Translations under genes and position numbers: made by a program
The notes under the pieces: generated by a model
The model's input: the letters and a program-made list of their open reading frames with translations, nothing else
Databases searched by the model: none
What the model was told of the DNA's origin: nothing
Shown here: piece after piece, positions 21,823 through 32,291 of the stretch
Numbering within the stretch: the stretch's first letter is position 1
Layout of the letters: each line of letters begins with the position of its first letter
Assembly (NCBI RefSeq): GCF_038025025.1
Contig: NW_027117348.1
Coordinates: forward strand, 1,364,001 to 1,428,000
DNA length: 64,000 nt
DNA from: Phyllosticta citribraziliensis
Taxonomy: Eukaryota
Direction: 5' to 3'

Positions 21823-23790
21823 TCACGCCGCACCAGCAGCGCCCTGCGTCTCCGGCGGCGGCGCATCCGTCATCGACGCGTCGGCCGCCGGCCCCGTCGA
21901 TGGTGCAGCAGCGGTGATAGGAGCGTCGGCGTCAGGCTCGCCGTCTGCATCTGCATCCGCGTCGGCGTCAGCGTCTGCATCGGCACCAACATCTGTCCCT
22001 CCAGCAGCTGCAGCGTTGCCGGCGCCAGGGGCGTCGGGCATGGCGGTATCCGCAGCGGACGCTGCGGTCGCCGGAGGGGGAGCGGAGGGGTTGTGAGGAG
22101 GCAGAGTGGAGGCAGTATCCTGCTGCTGCTGTTGCGGCGCAGAGACAGGAGCAGCAGTAGCGGGATTCGAGGAACCGAGCTGGCTCTGCGCGTCCAACTT
22201 CTCATCACTGCCGCCGTCAACCTGCGGCACCTCGCCCTTAGCCTCAGCCTCGCGGCGCAAGCGCTCGCGCCTGATGCCCTCCGCAACAGCGACCTCGGCC
22301 TCCTCCTTCTCCAGCAACTTCCGCAAGTCGAGCATCTTGTGGATCTTGCTGACGAGGCTCTCGAACGCGTCGCACACGTTTGCCGTGGGGAGGCCGATCA
22401 GGTCCGGGATGCCGAGCTCGATGAGCGCCTGCTGGATCTTTTGCGTCTGGATCGTGCTCTTGGCCGTGCGCAGCTTGTGCAGGCGGTCGGACTTGAACGT
22501 GACGCCCGACGACAGCCGGTCGTGCTGCGTGACGCCGAGACGCGTCATGGCACGCGGCGTGAGCTGCCGTGGCGGCTGGCTCTGCTGTTGCGTCGTTTGC
22601 TGCGTCGAGGTGAGCGACGTGCGCTTGTTACCGACCTGGTTTGCCGGGTTGGAAATGGAGTCGCGGTGCGCGGCATTGCCTGCCTGGGGCGTCTGTTGTC
22701 CATTTTGTGCCTGGCTCATTTCGTTGGCCAGAGCTATCCGGCCGTTGCGCTTGCTGGAGCGGCTTTGCTGCAGAAGTTGGTTGAACAGCGACGTGAGGGC
22801 TGCGCTGGACTGGAACTGTGCGGTCGAGGTGTTTCCTTGGGACTGAGGAGCCGACAGGCGCTGGCGGACTTCCTCGCGCTCTGCGGCCAGTTTTTCGTAG
22901 TTTGTATTGATGCGTTGGAGTTCTGCCAGGAGATACTGCTCCTCGCGAATCTCATCTGCGGAGCGCTCCAGCAATGCAGCGGCAACCTTTTTGCGCTGCT
23001 TCTCACGATCCGGATCGAACTTGGTCAAAATCTCGTGGAGATGGAACTCGGCATTCGTCATGGACGCAATCGGCGTCTTGAGCTCCATCAGCTTTGCACT
23101 GATCTGATAGTACCTCGCCTTGATGTCCTCCATTGTCCGTGGTTTCGCCTGCACAGCAGCCACCGTGCCATCCTCTGGCTTGACATCCGGCTGCGCGGGC
23201 TGGAACTCGTAGCGATCCGCAATCACGGCCCAGCGGTGATAGTATTCCTTGACCGTCTCGACCAAATAATCCGTCTCTTCCTTGCTCCATTCGTCGCTCC
23301 GCAGATGCGCCTCGTACGTCTCGTCATCGTACTCCGGACCCTCGGGCTGAATATTGAACTTGGAAAACTCGTAGCTCGTCTCGAGGAGCGGATCGGCGTC
23401 GGGGCCAGCAGCAGCAGCGGCGGCAGCATCCGCGTCGCCATTTTCCATCGCAACATCACCATTAGCGTCTCTCGTCGCGTCCGGCTGCATGCGCCGCCAG
23501 TGCCGCAAGACCAGCCCGTCGTCGCGCGCGGGATTCGTAAAGGGCCGCATCACCCACTTGGCCGCGGGGCCTTTGTTGGCGCCCCATCGCCGCTTGGGCT
23601 GGTAGCTTTTGCCTGCCTCGACGACCGACACGGGCGGCGCGCGCTCGCCGTACAGCGCTTGCACCTCGCGATTGATTCCTGTGATGCGCTTGCTGGTTGC
23701 CGTCTTTTGCTTTTTGGCTGGCGGTGGTTTGGGGAGGTTTTCTCCGGGCTGCAGGCCCATGAGGTCGCGGGCGTCGTTCATGGATGCCAT
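21823..23790 (-). CDS. SWC4: SWR1/NuA4 complex subunit Swc4/Eaf2 (DMAP1 homolog), intronless
   Basis: ITGINREVQALYGERAPP, WVMRPFTNPARDDGLVLRHW, SANT region FSKFNI...WSKEETDYL...RWAVIADRY...RTMEDIKARYY. ATG at 23790. Confidence 0.95.
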   Translation of the reverse strand: MASMNDARDLMGLQPGENLPKPPPAKKQKTATSKRITGINREVQALYGERAPPVSVVEAGKSYQPKRRWGANKGPAAKWVMRPFTNPARDDGLVLRHWRRMQPDATRDANGDVAMENGDADAAAAAAAGPDADPLLETSYEFSKFNIQPEGPEYDDETYEAHLRSDEWSKEETDYLVETVKEYYHRWAVIADRYEFQPAQPDVKPEDGTVAAVQAKPRTMEDIKARYYQISAKLMELKTPIASMTNAEFHLHEILTKFDPDREKQRKKVAAALLERSADEIREEQYLLAELQRINTNYEKLAAEREEVRQRLSAPQSQGNTSTAQFQSSAALTSLFNQLLQQSRSSKRNGRIALANEMSQAQNGQQTPQAGNAAHRDSISNPANQVGNKRTSLTSTQQTTQQQSQPPRQLTPRAMTRLGVTQHDRLSSGVTFKSDRLHKLRTAKSTIQTQKIQQALIELGIPDLIGLPTANVCDAFESLVSKIHKMLDLRKLLEKEEAEVAVAEGIRRERLRREAEAKGEVPQVDGGSDEKLDAQSQLGSSNPATAAPVSAPQQQQQDTASTLPPHNPSAPPPATAASAADTAMPDAPGAGNAAAAGGTDVGADADADADADADADGEPDADAPITAAAPSTGPAADASMTDAPPPETQGAAGAA

Positions 23791-25292
23791 TTCGCCGGCG
23801 AGCGTGTGAGTCGAACGAGCGGAGCGAGTGCAGACGAGGTGGACGATCGAGGCGAGGAGAACGATCGGGACGGAGCAGAAGTGCAGGAATATCTGCAGTG
23901 GCAGCGGCGGGGGAGAGGACGCGATGGGAAGAGTCGGTCGGCGGGTGCAGTGGGTTGGTTGAGCGAACAATTGCGGCGTGCGGAGCGGGAGTGATGTTGC
24001 GGCTTGCGGAGCGTTGGAGCTAGGAAGGGCAAGCCAGCCACAGAGGTGCGAGGATGTGGGACGTGCGCGTATACATGAAAGCACTACCACCGCAGCACCG
24101 AGCGACTAACTACCTGGGTGTGTCCTTGATAAAATGTTTGGGGCCAATATCTTACAAGACGGTGATATCGAGGTCATTGAGTACGTACGGCTGAATTGAA
24201 AGCTAGTAAAGAAGCTAGGCAGTCATTAAAAGTAGTAAAAGTAGTGCTCTACACCTCCATATCTAGGTAGCCAACCATCCACCACAACGACACGACCAGC
24301 AGCATTACCCCTACCCGCAAGAAGACATGTCAAATCCCGCAACAAGAATACCACAAATGCCATCGACACGTCCGCAGACATTCCATCGTTTATTGCTGAG
24401 GTGAGTGCCTGCCCCTACTCGCCTCTCTCCACACACTCCCTCCGTCTCCTTTCCACGCTTCAACTCTTCTTCCATAACCCATTGATCCACCTGTCCGCTC
24501 CCATCTCAGTATGCCCGTACCGTCGTCCATTACCCCTGCCTCCAGCCACGCACCTCACCCCACCCCATCCCGCCGCAAAACGCCAGGGGAAAAGAGAAAT
24601 CCGTCACTCCAGCACCGGTCGGGCAGTCAGCCACGCTGTCACCGCATGCCGTCGTTGTGGGCAAAACAGCACGCTGCCGTCGTTGCTGCTCCGCGAGGCA
24701 AGATCGCCCAGCAGGCCGCTTTATACCACCATAGGATGAGAGGGTGAAAGAGCAAAAGGTCAAGGCCACGCACCTCCGTCCATTGGTGCATATCTGCTTT
24801 CTTCTCGGCCAAAACCGGCACGCGCGACTCTGACAGGAGTTTGGTAGAAGATGTGCTGGTGCAGCTAGCTCTTTGATTGCTTCGGTGCTCGACGACTGGA
24901 CGACTCGACAGGAGTCAACGGTTCGACGACGACGAGATGTTGCATCGACGCGAATGAAGAGAGAAACGGAAAAAGAAAAATCAGAAACAAAAAGTGTACA
25001 GAAGGACAAACGGGGGGATGTGCCACCATCACATCACGATGGACGTCACTCGCTCACTCCAGTGGCTCACTGACTCACAACAGCCTGCCTGTCTGCTCGT
25101 CTCATCATCATTGCCCTGCTGCTGCTGCTGCTTCTGCGGCACGACGCATCAAAACAACCGACCGCAAGAAAAAAAGGGGGGAAGACGAAAGGGCGAAGAA
25201 TGCAAACGTAAGTAATTTGAAATGAAAACTTCATAAAAAAAACCGGCGAAAGGGGGGAAAGGGACGAGCTCAGCAAACAAAAAGAGGCCCGA

Positions 25293-26727
25293 TCAAGCAT
25301 TGCCAGGCTTCTCCTCTGTATCAATATGCCAGACGACATAGTTCGGCAAGCCCCAAACACCATAGCCCGCGCGCCTGGCCATTTTGGCGAAGCCCTCGGT
25401 TTCGGCTTGGTTTTCGAATGCGTAGCAAGGAAAGTTGATGCCTGGCGTGTCCACGTCAGCATTTGCATGTTGCAAGATGTTGTTTCGTCACGCAGAGAAG
25501 AGGTCGGAGAAGAAGGCTTACCTGACCGATGCACGTCCGCCTTGACCATGATGTTGACACCGCCAATGCCGTCGAGTTCAATCTCCTCGTCCTTGTTTTC
25601 GCGCCAGTCGCCCATGCGTGCCATGTACGTGCGATCCGTCTTGTACTCCTTGTAACCTGCCACCACGAGTTAGCTCCGGATCTTGTACAAACCGACGCCA
25701 AAACGTACCCTCGGCGAGCACCACGTCCCTGTCGAGACTGTGGGACAGCTTCCTGCCCGTGTCCGACTCGACCCACGAGTTATAGTCGAACCGACCCTCA
25801 ATGTCGACCATCTTGCCGTCCTTTTCGCGGTAGCGGTGGAACCAGATGTTGGGCACCAAAATGTCGCGGTCGTGCGCAACCATGTCCTCGATAATCTTCT
25901 TGGGGCTGTCGACAATGTCAATGTCGCGCCAGTAGACCCACGAGTGCTCTGGCTTGAGCGCGGCCGAGAGGAGATAGTTTCTCGCCCGGCCCATAGTCTT
26001 TCTGCGCGGCCCTTGGGCAGCAAAGCTGTGCCGGTATTCGACGTCTTGGCTCGTTTCCACGCCAAAGTCCTTTTCGACAATCATGGTGCTGCGAAAAGCC
26101 ACGGCCTCGTTCTTCTGGACGCGCTCAAGCTCCTTGGACAAGACTGCCAGCGTGTCGTCCGTGGTGTCGGAAATGAGAAAGGCGAGATCGATCAAGTGAT
26201 GCGGGTAGGTGAGCTGCGACAAGAGGTCAAAGTGTTGGTTGATGTAAGGAGCCGCGTCTCGGAGCGGAGTCACGATAAGGACACGTTCTTCATTCTGCAT
26301 CGCCTTGGGCGTCGACTTGACTGGGTTCAGGTCGACGTGTTGTATCGTCGTCGAGTTGACTTGGACAGGGTTGTGGTGGTTGAACAGGACGGGTGTTTGC
26401 AGGTGCGCCATCCACTTTTCGCGCTCATTCGCCGTCATCTCCATGGGCGACGTTGCGGGTCCCCAGCACACAAATCTGTATATCCGAACCGTCAGTTGGA
26501 CGTCCTCCAGCTGTAGATGACAAAGTCGGGCAAGCCCCTGGTAGGATGGGTTACCTTTGCATCTCTCCAGCAGTATCGCTCAGGCCTCTCCATAATAAGA
26601 TGACTATTCCAGCTATTGCGACGAACAGCAAAAAGCGCGTGCGGGTGAGGAAATGTATGACGGCTCTGTAGGGCGGCAATCTGGATCTGGCCGCCTTCCA
26701 GTTCACTCCGCCCTTTGGGAGAAGCAT
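25293..26727 (-). CDS. ANP1: Golgi alpha-mannosyltransferase, Anp1/Van1/Mnn9 family (GT62), 4 exons
   Basis: Type II TM anchor (RFLLFVAIAGIVILLW), VLIVTPLRDA, LTYPHHLIDLAFL, RARNYLL, WVYWRDIDI (DxD), LDGIGGV and ETEGFAKMA. Introns 26476-26554, 25657-25708 and 25442-25521. The Anp1 versus Van1 assignment is less certain than the family. Confidence 0.88.
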
Positions 26728-28111
26728 GTTGGGCGACAGCAGCGCGGCGAGGGTGTCGTCGAGCTGACGAGAGGACGAGCAATCGGAGGAGCGTTCAGCG
26801 ACAAGCGGCAGAGCAGACGGAGCAGACGAAACGAGCGTGGGGGGCGCAGAGGTGGCTGCTCGGGGTGGAGGGCGGAGGCTGGCAGAGAGGTGGTGTCAAT
26901 GTCAACCTGACCTGGCAGAGGCGACTTGGCGCAGCTGATGCAAGCGATCGAGTCCCTGAGGCCGGGCGAGAAGACTCGCGGTGGCGGAGGACCGAGGAGG
27001 GCAAGCGGACGTCGACCAAGCTATGGGGTAGCTCCAGAGCAGTTTGAAAATTGTAGCGGGCAGTATACGCGCTATGGATGACGGGCGGAGCAGAACATGT
27101 TTGCTGCGGAGGAGAGCAACGGCGCCCGGCCACGGCCACGGCCTCGTTTGGCAAGTCACGTGTGACGTTTCCCAGCGCGAGCCACGCTCTGCCACGCCTC
27201 ACTGGTCGACAAATTCCAGGCTCGATGCCACAAGGTCGACTATGCTCCTGTTTCGAGTTGCTCGCCGCTGTGAACCAGTCGAAACCAAACGGCCTGCCGC
27301 TGTCGCATCAACGGATACGGAAAACTTGGGGAAGCTCTTCTCCCCACACGAACCGTGGCCAAGATAAACGGCTAGTGGTCGATCGCTCGTGTTAGCCAGT
27401 CGCGACAATGCTGATGCGGCATGACTGCATAAAACAATTCTCTCACAGCAGCCTCGGCATGTTGTTGCAGACAATTTGATGAACGGTCAATCCGCTGAAT
27501 TACATTACCGCCCATTTGCTATCCAATGCCATCGTCAAGGTCGTCATGATCGATATGCCTATTTCCAACAGCCGTGTCGCTCTCAAACACTCAAAACAAA
27601 TTCCCCAAACTCGCTACAAAACAACCAAAGAAGGAGCATTCTCAAACAAAATCCACTGACAAATGCCCGAAACTTCGCTTGGTTTGATGAAGCGAGAGGC
27701 CCTTGTCCCCCTCGGCTCCGCAAGGCTAAGCGAGGCAAAAGAACAACAACGACAACGACGACGACAGAAAAGCTCTCCCAATGCTGAGGAAATGCCGCCC
27801 GTGCAGACAACTGAACAGATGCATCTCAATGTCCCGCTGAGGGAGCCAATCTAGACGGGAGCAGGCTTGAAAAGAGAACAAGTAGACGAGACCAAGGAAA
27901 AGGGGATATAAGTATACTGATACACAGACCAACGCCAGCGAGTAAAAACGAGCCAAAACTTTTTGGATTTCCGGGGCCGTAACGTGACAGGAAGGGACTG
28001 GTGGAAACGAAGCGCGTTTTTTGGAGCAGCTCAAGCCGTGACGATGCTGTGCGGAAAGACAAAGATCAAGGTATCGTTCATAGGAAAGGGGAGAGGCACC
28101 GCTCTCACTCA

Positions 28112-29173
28112 TCATAAGGCGTACGTGTGAGGACTGCCGCCATATGCCGAGTCCTCGGGCGTCTGGTACCTGGTCGGCGCGCCATCCTCGTCGTCTTCGG
28201 CGTTGAGCTGGTCCATGAATGCGGAGACCTCAATGTCTTCTCGCTGCATGATGTCGCGGAGGACGTCGGAGCGCTCCGCGGCGTGGTACTCTTGCTCGCG
28301 CAGGTAGGCGTAGTCGTCGGGGGAGCGCTTGTCGTGTGGCTTGCGGGCAATGGTGACGAGACGACGAATGTCATCGTAAACGTTGAGCATGAGCAAGTCC
28401 CTCTCGCGGCCCTCGTCGTTGGTGCGCCGCAGCGTCTCGATCTTCTTGCCGGTGAGTCCAGACTTGTTTTGATTGTTTTGGTTGAGGTTGGTGGACGCCG
28501 CCCAGCCGCGCATCATTTGCCGGATCTCGAGACGCTTCGTCTCGATCTTGAGGCCCCTGCGGGATCCGCGCTCCCTTGCTGCCTTGTTCACCCTCTTGAC
28601 TTCGGTTGCCCGCTCCTTCTTGACCTCGACCGACTTCTTGGCCCGCGTTTCCTTGGCAGTCTTCTTGCGTGCTGAGGGGTGCGTGGCCGCCGTTGTGGAT
28701 GAGCGGCGCGATGAAGGGTCGGAGTTGTCAGAATAAGAGCCGATGGAGCCACGGCCCGAGCCGCTATCCCGGCGGGACATGGGCGTGTTGTAGCGAATGG
28801 ATTCGTCGTAGCCATTGGAGGAAAAGGAAGAGTCGAGGTTGCGTTGAAAGGGGTGAGTGAACTTGATGCAGCCACAGCTGGAGCACTCAGGCTGAGTTGA
28901 CCACTGGAGAGCTCCACACTTGTGGCAAGCCTCTTGGGCCTCGGAATGAGAGACAGGGTGCAGCGCAGTGGCGGGAGGAGTAAGGGGTTGCGAGGAGAAT
29001 CGTGCTGGGTCGAGGGGGACCAGACGAGACGTGTTATAGGGATGGTGGGCGCCATTGTGGCCTAGATCCAAGTCGTGGATGGGCAAGAGGTCCTGGATTG
29101 GTGGGAGGCTCACCGCCGCAGGTACCCGATGGGCCTGCTGGCCAGTAGCATAGGCTGTCGAACGTATGACCAT
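28112..29173 (-). CDS. Hypothetical transcription-factor-like protein: CxxC-x10-CxxC zinc ribbon plus divergent bHLH-like region
   Basis: Open frame from ATG 29173 (MVIRSTAY). It contains LPPIQDLL, CHKCGALQWSTQPECSSC, a basic helix KRVNKAARERGSRRGLKIETKRLE, a loop, then KKIETLRRT. Confidence 0.65.
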   Translation of the reverse strand: MVIRSTAYATGQQAHRVPAAVSLPPIQDLLPIHDLDLGHNGAHHPYNTSRLVPLDPARFSSQPLTPPATALHPVSHSEAQEACHKCGALQWSTQPECSSCGCIKFTHPFQRNLDSSFSSNGYDESIRYNTPMSRRDSGSGRGSIGSYSDNSDPSSRRSSTTAATHPSARKKTAKETRAKKSVEVKKERATEVKRVNKAARERGSRRGLKIETKRLEIRQMMRGWAASTNLNQNNQNKSGLTGKKIETLRRTNDEGRERDLLMLNVYDDIRRLVTIARKPHDKRSPDDYAYLREQEYHAAERSDVLRDIMQREDIEVSAFMDQLNAEDDEDGAPTRYQTPEDSAYGGSPHTYAL

Positions 29174-31002
29174 TGTGGTGGTGAGGGAGGACAGCAGAGA
29201 TGGCACTAGTGTACGAGGAAGAGGTTTGGTTGCAATTGAGCGAAGAGCACAACGACGATATAACAACGATGGGGGATTGGGACTGGAAAGGTTTTTGAAC
29301 GACAGAGGGACAAGGAAACGGCAGAAGAGAGAGGCTTTTTAATAAGAGAGGATAGCTACATGGACATGGGTAGAGGACGCAAAGAAAGACGAACCGAAGT
29401 CCAAGCTGCATCATCTGGCCAAAGATACGCCATGAGCGCAGCATCAGGGTTGCAGTGGGGAAAGGCAGCCGGCCAAATGAGCGACGGCATGCTGCCAGGC
29501 GCGCTGTATACGGCAACCGGGGATGTAACTGCGAATTTGCAGACGACAAGCGTCGGTGGGGGGGTCACGCCAAAACGATTGGCAGCTCTTGGACCAACAG
29601 AGATGTGTTTTGGTCGGCAGAGGCTGGCCCCTTGCTGGAGGGCGCCCTCTTGTGACATGAAACAGGGCCGTGAGTGACTTTCTGCCTTTGGGACGCCCTC
29701 ATGCACGACATGATCTGCCCGCATCCCCGTTATGGGCCGGCGGCGTCGGCTTGACGAATGGCCTGTCGGGGCGGCAGCGAGATGAGCCTGGAGATTGCTT
29801 GTGGAGGAGACGAGACGTCGACTTTTGGCTGGGGTGGGTGGGCTCACCGCTCAATCGTGATACCATGGCACAGACAGATGCGGTCGATGTACTGCATGGA
29901 TGCGCGTTAAACGGTCGAGCAGATGGCTCTGGAGGACCTTGAACGTGCAGCGGCAAGCGGAGCCCGAAATCTGATCACAAAAGTCGCGGCAAATACGAGA
30001 GATGCCCCGTGAGAATCATCTCATCTCGAATCTCGCCAGCCGGGCTCCTGGTCAGCGTTGAACCGGATGGGGGTGCGCGCGCCGCCTCGGGTATCGGGTC
30101 GTGCTGCATGTCATTCTGGAAGAGGTTGGATCTGGTACAGTAGCCTCTCGAGCACCGCACGCCGCCGAGAGGAGCCAACGAGGCGCTCCGCTCCTGATCG
30201 ATACCGAGATCCAGATGCGGAGAGCGACAGGTCTCGACGACAGCCGCTTCAAAGTGACAGGTTGCACGCCTGCCGTGCGACGAGCGATCAAGAGCCCGTC
30301 TGGTCCGTCGACAGCTGATCCACAGCAGCCCTCCAGCGGACGTCGAGGATCGCGGGCGAGGGATGAAAATCCCGGAGGCATGTGCGCGCCCCCATCATCC
30401 TTGTCGACACATCCATCGCAGCGGCGGATCAGCAGGCGAACGTCAGGGGAAGCCAATCTCGTAGGGGAGGGAAAAAACAATCATGATAAACAGACGGTGA
30501 AGGGAAGAAGAAAAGACATATTTCTGGGTCTGTCCAAGGAAAAGAAAAATAAAAATAAAAACAAAAATAAAAATAGTCCACGTCACGGGGACCACCTCAG
30601 CTCCACCTGCACCCACCTCACTTGGACTTCGCCCATTGTGTAACAATGCACCATTAATATTGACCATCGACGAAGCCAACGCAAAACAAAGCACCTCACT
30701 CTCAAAGCTCTGTGCTTGAATAGAATTGGAGAACGTAAGATTCGCTAAAACACGGATTAAGCCCTGCACCCCCAAGAAAAACCCCCTTCGTCCCCACCTC
30801 ACTGCTCAACTGCCATTGGTATATCTCCTAAGTACACGCGCAAGCACGCCACTCGTTGCCCCCGTCCCGAAATCAGTTAGCTAGCCCGGTGACCGCGTGC
30901 AACCGCAACGTTCCATGATGCTGCCAAGAACGTTTTGAGTATTAAGTCGTCTATGCAAGCTGAAAAGGAAAAACGCCCGCCCCTCGTTTCGCGTCGATGC
31001 CC

Positions 31003-32291
31003 TTAGTACATGCCGACCATGGCGGCAAGGACACCAGCAAGACCAAGGTAGGTGGGGCTGCCAACGTCGAGACGGCCAGCAGCGCCCGTCTTGGAGGCGG
31101 ACGAGCCAGAGGTGCCAGTGGGAGTGGAGCCAGCGCCACCGGGGTTGGACTGGCTACCAGCGCAGGTGAACTTGCCCTGAATGACGTTGCTAGAGCCAGA
31201 CAGAGACTTGAAGTGCGAGCAAGTCGAGTCAATGTTCTCCGACGACTGGATGTTGAAGGCACCCTTGACAGTGGAGAGGGCGGAAAGCGAGACACTGATG
31301 CCGAGTTAGCTTTTGCAAATACCAAGAGTGGGGGTTAACATACCCGGAGAGGTTGCCCGAGAAGTCGAGCGCACCACCAACGGACTTGAGGCTGGGGAAG
31401 CTGACGTTGCCGAGGTTGGGGTTGTCAGCAATCTGGAAACCACCGCCAATCTTCTCAACAGAGTCGAGGGAGATGTTGGCCAGGTTGCCGTTGCCAACAA
31501 AGGAGAGCGAGCCACCAATGTCGGTCAAGTTGGCAGCCTCGTAGCTCTTGATCTTATCGCCGTAGAAGCCGAGGGAGCCGTTGATGGAGGCCAGCGACGG
31601 CGTCGAGATGGTGCTGACGTTGCGGAAGGTCATGTTGTAGGCCCACTCTAGGTTGGGGAACGACGCGCTCAGGTTGTCTCCGTTGGCCGACAGGGTCAGG
31701 GCCTGGGTGATGGACTTGAACTGCACGGTAATGTCCTTGAGGTAGTTGTTGTTGGCGATGAAGAAGTTGTCGACCTCCTCGAGGTTGATGCCATCGAGGG
31801 AGTTGAGGAAAGTGTTTTGGATGTTGACCGAGTTGGCCTCAGTGACGCCCTTGCTGAAGCTCAAGCCGGACAGAGCGGGAAGACCAGACCAGTTAATCTC
31901 GTCGACCTTGGTGAGCTCGGGGAAGTTGAGGGTGCTGAGGATGGTCAGGTCGGACAGCTCAAACTTCTGAATCGACTGCAGGCTGTCGGCCGACAGCGAA
32001 GTCAGGCCCGTGGCATTGTTGACATAAAGGGTGCCGGTGATCTTCTGAATGCCATCGAGACGAATGTCACCAGTCGCGCCGGTAGCAATGGCGATGGAAC
32101 CGGAGAAGGTGGTGCAGGAGGACAGGCCCGTGGCGTCACCGGTCGAGGCAATGGTGGTGGTGCCCGTGTTGCTGCAAGACTGGGCTGTTTGAGAGTCAGA
32201 AACGCGACCGATGGGGCTCAGGGGAATGAATTCGCATACCAAAGGCGCCCGCGGCGGCCGCGAGGACGGGAAGAGCGTACTTGGCGAACAT
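31003..32291 (-). CDS. ECM33: GPI-anchored cell-wall organisation protein Ecm33 (receptor L-domain-like repeats), 3 exons
   Basis: Signal peptide MFAKYALPVLAAAAGAFA, CTTFSGSIAI, repeated SFPxL..IGG units, FNIQSSENIDSTCSHF, GKFTC and a C-terminal GPI signal. Introns 32185-32239 and 31295-31343. Confidence 0.93.

Noticed and set aside
22093..23994. 633-aa plus-strand ORF
   Set aside because: It is the antisense shadow of SWC4, caused by GC-rich codon bias, and has no protein-like motifs.
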